Assembly: GCA_965649825.1 (NCBI GenBank)
Contig: OZ287710.1
Location: 310,001 to 374,000 of the forward strand
Reading direction: 5' to 3'
Source: Penicillus capitatus
Lineage: Eukaryota; Plantae; Chlorophyta
DNA length: 64,000 nt
Below, piece after piece: positions 23,935-33,575 of this stretch; positions within the stretch are counted from its first letter, which is position 1, and the number at the start of each line of letters is the position of its first letter. Position numbers and translations under genes: made by a program. The notes below the pieces were generated by a model that saw only the letters and a program-made list of their open reading frames with translations, did no database searches and had not been told where the DNA came from.

Positions 23935-26150
23935 TCAATCCATCACTCTTCCCTGCGCAATTTCATCGTCTTCGAAGTAGACACGAAGTCTGCTTGAATG
24001 ATAGGGCCCTGTGAGTTGCCCTCCTCTTCGGATCTTCCATAACTTCCTGCCGATTTTCTTTTCCAAGACATACGGGCTATTCCATGCAGGTGCCAGCGGA
24101 GATCGTCGCCGTTCGGGTTCGAAGACCAACACCTTCTGGCCAATCTGCAATGCCCGTGTTCCTTGGCGACCCAGTCCTCGGCGGAGGCATTTTTCTGTGA
24201 GCTTCTGCAATTCCAGTGTTCGTTGATGCGCTCGTTGTCGCCATGTGATGCCTTCTTGCATCGGCGTGATTTGTTCGTTATGTTGCCGACCGTGCATCAA
24301 CTCATTTGGAGTAAAGTGGGTATCTTTATGGACGGCGTCGTTGAGCACATCTTCAAGCTGGCCCAGGGGTATTTCGTTGTGCTGCTGCTTGAACCTTCTC
24401 ATGCGTTCCTTAATCGTTTGGATGCTGCGTTCAATCAGGCCATTGGATTGTGGACTATACACCCCAGACGTGAGGTGTGACACGTTTGTTCGACACACCA
24501 TGTCGATACGGCCAGTCCACAAAACACCTGCGCGTTATCCGTAGAGATCGATCATAGAGAAGAGTCGTCTGTCGTGTTGTCTCGGACCCAGGCATTAAGC
24601 GCTTGAATGACAACCTTGGAGTTTGGCTTCGTCGCTGATCGTAATCGGATGTATCTAGAAAGCCGTCGATCATTACCAAGATCCATCGAGAACGTCGCTG
24701 ACACGAGTATGGGCCGAGAAAGTCCAAAAAGACGATCTCGTTAACCTCTTGTCAATGCATTCCTGACCATTTATCCGGAGATGCCTGCATTCGAAACCGC
24801 TGGCAAATCTGGCAAACCCGAACGAACTCTGCCACATCTTGCGCATCATTCACCCAGCGCCATCCATCGCGTCGCAGATGGCTGAGTGTTTTAAATACGC
24901 CCCAATGCTTGAAATGTGCCTTCTCGATCGCCGTGCGACATTCCGTTGTCAGGCGATCAAGTCGCGGCACATCTGCAGAGCCGTCGTTTTCCAGTAATGC
25001 AGTCATCATCCCTTTTGATGGTGACGCATACCATCGGGACAACAAATCTGCCAAGGCGTCCTTGCCGCCGTTTTGTGGAACAACGTGTTCCTCCCTTTTT
25101 TCTGAATGCGTCTTGTTGTCGTTCGATGGGGAACTCGGCTCCTCTTCTTCTCCTAAGAGTGCCTCGGAAGGACCGGGGCACACTAATTCCTCAAGAATAA
25201 CCGGGATGTCGGCACCGCGGTTTCAGAGCTCCTCCTGGTGTCGTAGCGACCCACGTAATGGACAATCCGTTCAGCACCTCGGTGTAGAACCTCTGAACGT
25301 TCTCCTTGTCGAAAACGGTTGAGGCTTTCCTGGAATGTGGGGATAGTGGGGCGTAAGGCACGTATGCGCGCGAGATGCTTCGCTCAGCGTCGTAGTTTGC
25401 CAGAGTGACTGCTAACGTCGACGTCGAATGTCTTACAGTGAACAAAACAAAGGACAAAGAACCGTGAATTCTAAGCCTTTTATTCAGTCTAAACGATGTG
25501 ACATTCTAGGCAGATGACTCATCCCACTTTCATGGCCAAAGAAAAGCGTCCCTTGACGCTCAAAGGTCCCTTTTGACAAGACATTAAGCGTCCCCTCACC
25601 AGAGTACCCCCTTCCTTACTAGGCAGTCCCATCGCCATGGTCATCTCGGCGATAGTTCTCTTCACCAGGTAAGAATTCTATCGTCAATCTCGATCCCCGA
25701 TTCGCTGTCAACCATTCGGATGCTTGAAAGATTCGAACATTTTTAAGTGCCTCGGCAGAGGGCGTCTTTTTCAGTCGCATCCACGCGGACTGCGAATCTG
25801 TCCGAACGACGACTTTTAAGCCAATGACAATGTCCCAACACTGCCGGAGACACCTAATCAACGCTTGTAGTTCCCCGACCATTGATGACGGATGATCGCT
25901 GATCCTTGAGCTTCCGATCATCACCAGCACGCGATCATTCGGATGTCTAGACCAGAGGGCATATCCCTAGATGAGGTCGACCAGTCGACTCGGATATACC
26001 AGTGTGTCGTGTCCTTAGGTAGGAACGATAGTCGCTGATGGAAATCCAAGATCTTCGACCAGACTTCCTTCGCCATTTGCTGGAGGTTCACTAGACTCTG
26101 TTGCCTTCCTTCTTCGGCAATGACGATGCCAATCCTTCCTCCTCCTATCT
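23935..26150 (-). mobile_element. Degenerate, rearranged Ty3/gypsy LTR-retrotransposon (RNase H + integrase), with frameshifts and no paired LTRs found
   Basis: RNase H: YIRVDWS..GYALW..GELQALIRCL..VVRTDSQSA..IEFLPGEEN, plus a second end GKDALADLLSRW. Integrase: HHCC finger (AHFKHWG..VCQICQRF), core (MDFLGP..ILVMIDGF; NGLIERSIQTIKE) and GPY/F-like tail (LAPAWNSPY). Confidence 0.88.
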
Positions 26151-26196
26151 CGTCCTTTTTCCAACCGTCGGTCCCATCACACTTCGAAACTGTGAC

Positions 26197-26664
26197 CTTT
26201 TCCATTGTCGGAGAGAGCGTAGGCATTTCCAACTCTGTCCCATCCGTCGGCACTGAAAGAAGTCGGACAAGTCGATCTCTTCAAAGTAAAGATGTCGCAA
26301 AAAACAATGAACAGATTCTACTTGCCTTTTTAAGTCGATCAATACGGTCGATAAACTGTCGTCGCCGAATGACTCTCTTGCAGAAATCCCAATTCCATTC
26401 GGTGATCTCATTTGCTCCACTAAACGGATTCTTGTTGGACAGAATCAGAAACACTTGACTGGTGGTAACCACGAAGATGGTCCTTGCAAACAACATTACC
26501 CTTTGACACTCTGAGATCATAAAATCCTTCTTCGTGGACGAATTCAAGGATATCGATACTGCCTTCCAAGTCATTCTAGATGTCGAATTCTTCGTTTGGG
26601 TACACGTGAACCTTGCTTGTCGCCAAAAGGTAAACCTTCGTATCACAGCGGTGTCCATTGCCAT
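26197..26664 (-). pseudogene. 5' fragment of a mitochondrial dihydrolipoamide acetyltransferase (PDH E2, DLAT-like): presequence plus start of the lipoyl domain, truncated at the retroelement
   Basis: Exon 26197-26252, flanked by ttctttcAG and AAG|GTCAC, gives (ID)LPTDGTELEMPTLSPTMEK, matching the E2 lipoyl start (LPxHxxxxMPxLSPTMxxG). Upstream is an Arg-rich, presequence-like frame from ATG 26664. The next intron runs directly into gypsy pol sequence. Confidence 0.65.
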
Positions 26665-26733
26665 TGAGATAATTTTAACCTCACCTTACACGACTTCGAC
26701 AACCCTGAAAGCCACTACGACAGAAGAAATAGA

Positions 26734-27634
26734 ATGGAGTCGTTCTCGTACGACTCATTTCAGACGCCAACGACAACGAACAGACATATTGCTTTCCTTC
26801 CGATGGCGTGCGTCACCTTGCAGAAGTGTCCAAAGGTTCTCGGATCTGCAAGGATCGGCAGCACTGTTTATCCATGCCTTCCTATCCGCATTCAACGTCA
26901 GCCTCACATCTCGACGGCACTGCATGCTACACCGTCTCCAGGTATCTAACTGCCTCACTATCTCTTTGGAAACGACTCGCGATTCATCTCTTACCAGCTT
27001 CGCTTTACCAGAGGTATCGATTCAACTGGTTCTGTTGTGTAGTCTTCGACATTGCGGCAGCCGAGGGTTTGCGCCAAGCTCTTGAACCGTTCGCTGAGAC
27101 GATACGCAGTGGGGGTACCCCGGCATTCGTGATCAAATACTTCCATGGACTGAACATGGCCATCGTTCTCTTTGCCATGGGATTCTATGGCTGTGCTTAT
27201 CTTGGCTGGAACCTGCGCCTGTCCGATGTCTGTCGAGCAACTGCTCTTTTTCTATTCTGATGTGTTTGCTTTGAAGGATCGAGAATTAAAAGCAAAAGCA
27301 CGACAACTCCATCCTCCATTGGCCATTGGAATGACAGTTTTCTTTGCTCTTGGCGGATTGGGTGGATTATCATCTCTCGTTGTTCAGAATAAGCCGATCT
27401 TTGAGAGGTAAACAACCTGTGCTGGCTTGTACTGATGAAGTGTATTGAACCACCAGCCCGCATGTCTGGACAGCAATATGTGGTCTGACGTGCCTTGGTC
27501 TTCAAGGAATGCTTACTCTGTTCTTCAAAGATGATCCGAGTCTCAGACGTGCCCATGCCTACTTTGGCAGTGCCATTCTGTTCCTTTTCACAGTTCACAT
27601 GGGTTTTGGTGTTCGTTTAGCTCTATCCCTTTAA
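26734..27634 (+). CDS. DUF4079 family plastid membrane protein (cytochrome b561-like His pattern)
   Basis: Transit peptide, then YFHGLNMAIVLFAMGFYGCAYLGW, ARQLHPPLAIGMTVFFALGGLGG, ESPHVWTA and RRAHAYFGSAILFLFTVHMGFGVRLALSL*; 3 introns. Confidence 0.85.
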
Positions 27635-27733
27635 CCCGTGACGCATCCAGAACCGTGTAAATCCCATTTTGCGCGACGGAGAACAGGGATCTCTGTACAA
27701 TCGGACAATTTAGATGTCATGTTTGTAAATTCT

Positions 27734-28080
27734 CTACGTCTTTTTAAAAAAGCTGAACTGGAGGCATGACTAGTTCTTCGTTGACTTTAGAAGAGAGATG
27801 TTGATTCAGAAGATGCTTCAGCTGATTGTTCTGGCGTCGTAACTCTTTTACCTGGGCCAAGCAGTCTGACCTTCTGTTTAGCATCTGGTGATATTCTTCC
27901 ATTGTCCTTGAAGCGCTCTCCAACTCCGATACGTATCTGTGCCACCTTGTTTGACGGAATATTGTTTTTCTCGAGAACGCGCACGAAATTCTTTTTGACT
28001 AACAATCTTTAAATGAAAGACAACAGGATGGTTCTGCGTTCCGCTTACACAAACGCTAAGGACTCTAGCATCCTCAACGT
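27734..28080 (-). pseudogene. C-terminal fragment of dynein regulatory complex subunit DRC1/CCDC164, frameshifted
   Basis: TYRSWRALQG / frameshift / EEYHQMLNRRSDCLAQVKELRRQNNQLKHLLNQHLSSKVNEELVMPPVQLFKKT* matches the DRC1 C-terminal pattern WxAL..Y..L..R...L..QN.EL..LL.QYL.SK.N.EL.VPP. A probable intron is retained at about 28003-28044. No upstream DRC1 exons seen. Confidence 0.65.
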
Positions 28081-28202
28081 CGGTTTCGTTCCAGTAGGCG
28101 GTCTCGTTAGTTGCCACTTCGCATGTTTGTTTCATGGCAAAGGAAAACTTGACAAAATAGCAGACGCGGCATTTGACAAAAATAGTCGAACTATTCAAAC
28201 GA

Positions 28203-29065
28203 CTACACGTCCCCACGGACACAAGCGGGACAGGAACTTGTGGGATTGCGAACATTCTTCAGCGCACAGTTGTTTCCGTCGCGTCTCCAGACCCATGCGA
28301 CGCAACCTACGGAACATAGAGTGTTTGAAAGAGTGAAAGTTATCTTCTCTCTATACCGGATGTGTCTATGCATCTTTGACCGCAATCTCCAGGCTGCGTG
28401 ACGTCTGAGATTACTTCCATGTCGCCTCCGGGTCTGTCCTCGTTGTCCACGTGATCCATGGTCGGTGCCTGTTGTCCAACACAACAAGAGCTTCAGATTG
28501 GCAACACAGTCGAGGGACTGTGAAACCTGTTCGTCGAAGTTGAGTCCGACGCAAGTGGAACAGGACTGTGGATTTTCGGCAATACTCTTCGGCGAACACT
28601 TATTAGTATCCGTGCGGTAGACGAAAGCGCGGCAGTCTAATGCCCAAAACGGCAGTGTCCGTAAAGAGCATGATGAGAATCGACTGTTACTTTCTGGTCC
28701 AAAATCATTTTCGCATACTTCGGCGCATGCTTCAGGACCGCTCAAACCTGTGATAGGGGTATCGACCAAGTCGTTTCCTGCAAGGATTCCCGAGTAAGGA
28801 GATGGCTTGACTCATGCGTGCGATACCAGGCCAATCTGTGCCGGTGAAGAACTCATCATCTACAAAAGCGGCGGTTGACGTCGACCATACACGACAACCT
28901 GTGCCTGTGCACCTTCGTGTTTCAGAGCACGGCCGAATTCCTTGCGGCCATTGGTCGGCAGGAATTCAGCTCTCTGCAAGAAACCTTTGTGGGAACTGTT
29001 GAGGGGAGAGAATGCTTCCCGACCACGAGGACAAGGAACAGGGCGATTCCGATGACTTTAAGCAT
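28203..29065 (-). CDS. Secreted protein with two PAN/apple domains
   Basis: Spliced: MLKVIGIALFLVLVRAEF...GTDWPGNDLVDTPITGLSGPEACAEVCENDFGPENCRAFVYRTDTNKCSPK...CSTCV...NEDRPGGDMEVISDVTQPGDCGQRCIDTSGCVAWVWRRDGNNCALKNVRNPTSSCPACVRGDV*; 6 GT-AG introns. Confidence 0.8.
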
Positions 29066-30597
29066 CGTGTGGACACAAACGGTCGAGAAATCTGCGAAAG
29101 GTCTCTTCGAGCGAGATCTGAAGCGCAGCCAAAGAGAAGCAAAGAGAGCAGAAGATGAAGATTGTTGAATGCGACGGGTTTAAATGGAGGAGGACTGCGA
29201 ACTTTCTGTGAAGAACAGAACTTCCAGCAATGAACCGTAGGGCAAAAGGGGCGCAGGGCTCGTTCTGACCATACGAATTTCAGCGAGCCGCGGCCTCCTC
29301 CGTTGCTAAACAGTAATCGTAAGCACTCCAGGTAGAATTCTCTTTCCAGTCAAGGCCTTTTACACAACGTTTTCAGGACACTGACCATTCTCTGACACGT
29401 TTTCTTCGTTTCTCTGTCGCAAAAAAACGCAGAAAGCCCAGGAGAGGTGCATGCGGTTTGCGCCGCCATTGAACTCGAACGGACACCTGTCCTTTTCGTA
29501 CAGTTAGTTGGCGGGCGCCTTTGTTGACGCGGGGGTTCTGACCCCATGACGTAAGGGTGCTGTAAACCAAGCAGACGCAAAGGAAACAGTGTGGGACAAT
29601 GTATGGAAAACGTTACTCTTCAGTGAACGAACCGACGCCTTGTTTTCCTGAAAAAAGTCTTCTACAAACAAACTCTGCGTGGATGCGCGTGCGTTTGTTG
29701 AATGCTCAGCGCTGCAGACGACGTTATCCAGAAGGGAAGGAACTGTGACATGGCAACTGCTGTGTGGCTGCCACAATTCGATGGATGCTTCTGCGATTCG
29801 GTCACAGTGTGTCGTATAACCAACTGTACTGATTTCTTTATGGAGCAGCCATCTGTCGAGATCACAAACGTGTTGGCAAACATTGAAGACTTGAGCATGG
29901 AACAAGCGGAATGTCGCGGTGTTACGACTCATGTGACAAATCTAGCTGTGGAGTCTCTAAATTCAAGGGTGGCGTGGAAAGAGGGTCGGAAGGGGACATC
30001 TTTGCACGACCTATGGCTTTCACCGATTTTTGGTTATCTCTTTCCTGTGTTAGCGAGCTGACGCGATTTAACAGAGCCGACGCAATTCAGCCACGTCTTG
30101 AGAATGCTCTATAAGACTGGCGATGCAGGTTTCGCTTCAATGGAGAATCATTCAAAGAATTGGACACGTCAGTGTTTAGACGGATGAGCATCCGGATAGC
30201 TCGATTTTTTCCATGATGTAAAGCAAGTATGGCAACAGCTCTTTTTTTCTACGAGTCAACGAAGGCATGGATGTCTTCTTCTGCGATGGATCTACGACAG
30301 ATCACGTTCTGGACGTCTAATGCAAGTACAAGGCCTTTGAACAAAATTTGTAACCTCTACAGTGCCCAGACAGAAAACAATGACAAGCCAGAGTTCATGC
30401 TTTTAATGTCATGGATGAGAGATAGTCTGCAGTTTATCAATCGATGGAATCAGCTTCAAATCTAGCAATTGGCGATCGTAACGATCGACTTAGAATCATC
30501 AAGACGCATTCTCTCTGTTGCTGTTTTTGTTGTAACTGCCTCACAGGATATACTCATCCGTCACTTTACTCTGTCTCCCCTTCTCATTCTCGCTGGA

Positions 30598-31137
30598 CTA
30601 CGACCAATAGAGTTTAGCCAGCGATTTTAACTCTTCAGTTTCTTCGATTGCTGGCCCTGTCGCTTCGACGATAGGAGGAGGTGGTGGTGGTGAAGGGGAC
30701 GGGGAACTGCGTCTCCACGGCCTCCAACTCCACGGCCACCATAGCAACGCGTAATGTTCACCATCGGACGAGAAGATGTTCGACAAAGGAATCTCCTTGT
30801 CGGCGGAGTGGCCGCTGCTATTATCAAAATGGCGACAGAAGACATACTTTAAAGGCAACGTCTTCTTTAGACTTAATCCACAAACGCCATCCTTTTCGAC
30901 GTAGCAGGCACACGTGTACCCATAGCAAACATTGGCAACTGGACATATCCTTTCGTTAGGTGGGTGTTTCCTCGGTGAACAGTCTCTACCGTTGTCACAG
31001 ATCTCTGCGCAGGCGCCGTTCGACGAGCTGATGTAGTCATGAGCAGCGATGTTTGTGTTGCAACTCTCCGCAGTTGTTGCTTCGGCCATGAGCAACGAGG
31101 CAAGGAAGATCCCAAACAGCGCCAAGAAAAACGACAT
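30598..31137 (-). CDS. Secreted small Cys-rich protein with a W/P-rich, extensin-like tail (paralog 1)
   Basis: Signal peptide MSFFLALFGIFLASLLMAEA, then CAEICDNGRDC...CYGYTCACYVEKDGVCGLSLKKTLPLKYVFC and WWPWSWRPWRRSSPSPSPPPPPP; intronless. Confidence 0.7.
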   Translation of the reverse strand: MSFFLALFGIFLASLLMAEATTAESCNTNIAAHDYISSSNGACAEICDNGRDCSPRKHPPNERICPVANVCYGYTCACYVEKDGVCGLSLKKTLPLKYVFCRHFDNSSGHSADKEIPLSNIFSSDGEHYALLWWPWSWRPWRRSSPSPSPPPPPPIVEATGPAIEETEELKSLAKLYWS

Positions 31138-31372
31138 TCTGTGGAGAAAAGCGCAAAACGCGATGGAAGACGAATGTCGCCCTGTTAGAGACGCGAGAAG
31201 ATAGTCGACTTTGAAGCACTGTAGCCACTCGCCGACGATGATGATGTGACCGGTCGCGAGTGCACACCGACTAGCAGTCGGCTTTCTGAAAGATCCCCTC
31301 CTTCGACATGGGTATAGAATTGTTTCCATGCTATGCGCAATCGTTTACGTGCTTGCAGAAAGCCACGAAGAC

Positions 31373-32211
31373 ATGAGAGAGTTGCTCTTCGGAGACGGAG
31401 AAGAGCGAATGAACCTGGGCAGTGTGCGTAGAGAAGCTGTTCACTATGCGGCAGTCCATCCATAGCAACGTGTGGCATGTGTGCAGATGCGTGTTCGAGT
31501 GGAGGATTTATTAAACCGCATCGATTCTGTCATTGCCTGTCTAACATCTGCTGCTTCGGTTGATGCAAAATGGAAGGCAGGTCTGGATGCCTACAGTCTC
31601 GTCAATGTTCATCTCCAAAGACTTATGCAATCGACAAAGCCTCTCATGCGTCGCTACATCGTCTGTCCGGTTCATTTTGATCCAAGTAGGCAGACATGGG
31701 TGACGAGGGGGATAGAATAGCGGCACGTGGTATGACTGCTTTCAGACAGGTGTTACTGGGCTGGCCGACATGTTGGCAACGCAACTGCACCAAGAACAGG
31801 AGGCGGCGCAAAGTTCGATTGCAGAGGAGATGCAGCGCGATGACGAGGAGTTGAAGAGAGCTGTCGAGAGAACGGATGAACGCAATGAACTCATACTGGA
31901 TCTGATTCGAGTATCGAGGAAACCAGGTTCTGGCCTGCTCGATCCCAAAGTGGGTTGCGTTCTCTGCCATCACCTGCACAGACGGTAGGTGCAAACAGGG
32001 CCCGGCGCGCAAGAGAAGGATGGCGAAATCAGCCGAAATCCGAGAGGAGATCCGGCAGTTTAATGAACGACATCAGTGGCCTTCTGATGAGCCTCGGGGT
32101 CGAAAACAGAAGCGATTGAACATCGTTGCGGCGGATGCCTCAACAGGTTTTGGGTATCTGACGAATGCACTGTTGTTTGGAGATGGTTTAAAGACAGACA
32201 TAGATGAATGA
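31373..32211 (+). CDS. MED8: Mediator subunit MED8
   Basis: Spliced: MNLGS|MRVRVEDLLNRIDSVIACL...AKWKAGLDAYSLVNVHLQRLMQSTKPLMRRYIVCP...DMLATQLHQEQE...YLTNALLFGDGL, resembling plant MED8 (NL..R.R..DL; KW..L..YS.VN; ...GEGL). Confidence 0.7.
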
Positions 32212-32396
32212 ACCGAAATCTTGCTTCTCCGATGAGGAACGGGTTGGATGAACCGTTTTTCTTTGCTGAGTGGCTTTTATAGACTTTACATTTATCCAAT
32301 TAGGGTACTCGACATTTGCGCTGTCGATATCAACGAAGGAGACTGATCGCTAAGACTTCTTCTCCGAGGACGTCAGCGCTTGAAACGGGTGACGTG

Positions 32397-33108
32397 ATGG
32401 TGGCACGCATCTTTTTAGCACTCTTGTGCGGGGCGACGCTCTTTCATGTTGCCGTGACCGCGGAATCGTCCATGTGCCGCGAGGAGACTGAAGCGGGCAG
32501 TGGCGTCGTCTTTGTTGATGGCGACTGCAAGAGTGCCTGCTCGGACTGTAAGTCTTCGATTGCTTGTACAACGAGATCTTTCCAGATCCAAAGCTGTGTG
32601 GTGAGCAGTCGGGGTTTTGTGTCCTGGATATGCGTGCAACTGCTACGCGGAGTATGACGGATCGTGTATGCTCAATGTCAAGAGGCAGCTTCGTGTGCAT
32701 CGTGCTTTCTGCCTTGTTCCAATTTTGTCCTTGCAACAAACAGAAAGACTCTTTTTGGGCGACGCCAGAGTTGATGGTGTAGAGTCTTCTGCAAATATCT
32801 TCTGGCCACTGCCGTGGACGCCCGTTACTCCGCCTATGGAACCAGAACCGGTGTCGACGCCCGCACCAGCGCCAGAACCTCAGACAGAACCGGTGTCGAC
32901 GCCCGCACCAGCACCCGAGCCAGAGGCCGAATCGGTGTCTGTGCCAGCGCCAGCACTCGAATCCCAGGCAGAACCGGTGTCTGCGCCAGAACCGGTTTCT
33001 TCCACCACTTTCATCCCTCTATCGACGGCACCAGGTAGCCAGTCGTCGGTGGATGTGATGGAGGAGTTTGCAAAGAGCGATCCGTTAGAGAAACACGAGC
33101 ACCCATGA
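32397..33108 (+). CDS. Secreted Cys-rich protein with EPEPVSTPAPAP repeats (paralog 2)
   Basis: Signal peptide MVARIFLALLCGATLFHVAVTA. CKSACSD joins, via a 61-nt GTAAG..CAG intron at about 32548-32608, to FGVLCPGYACNCYAEYDGSCMLNVKRQLRVHRAFC. It shares CxGYxCxCYxxxDGxCxLxxKxxL...FC with 30598-31137. Confidence 0.65.
32839..33000 (+). repeat. Coding tandem repeat, about 4 imperfect copies of a roughly 42-bp unit
   Basis: GAACCGGTGTCGACGCCCGCACCAGC occurs twice exactly and degenerate copies follow. It encodes EPEPVSTPAPAP / EPQTEPVSTPAPAP / EPEAESVSVPAPAL / ESQAEPVSAP. Confidence 0.9.
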
Positions 33109-33575
33109 AGTCGCAGAATCGCATCTGCTTGCCAACTGGCCGATTGCTGGCGCGCAGGTTGCGATTGTTCTGCTTTATCTCTTTGCCCCACGGACGATTG
33201 ACAAAAACACTGTCATCCCGCGCCGAAGCCATGTTTTTTCTTTTTCTGACAATGACCTCTCCTTTCAGGGTGTCGCATAGACACGATGTTTTTTGATTCG
33301 ATAGTTGGACCAGTGCTTGTTGTCTGAAACCAAATCAGATCTATGTCTGATATGTGTGTTTGCAAGAATATTTTGTGTTGCATCTCACTCTCTCGTAAGA
33401 ACACCCTCGTGTGGTGAATTTCAAACGACGCGTCACGTCATAACTAACCAGTGTCGTGACGTCATGCATTCTCGCGAGCAGACAACCAATGAAATATCCC
33501 CAAAGAGCTGGACACATTTCGATATCTACCTACTGTTGCCGCAGCGCCTAAGCTGTCTCGACGTTTTGTGAAAAA

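Noticed and set aside
23700-25620. Paired LTRs or TIRs (intact retroelement or Ginger-like transposon)
   Set aside because: No direct or inverted terminal repeats or target-site duplication found by eye.
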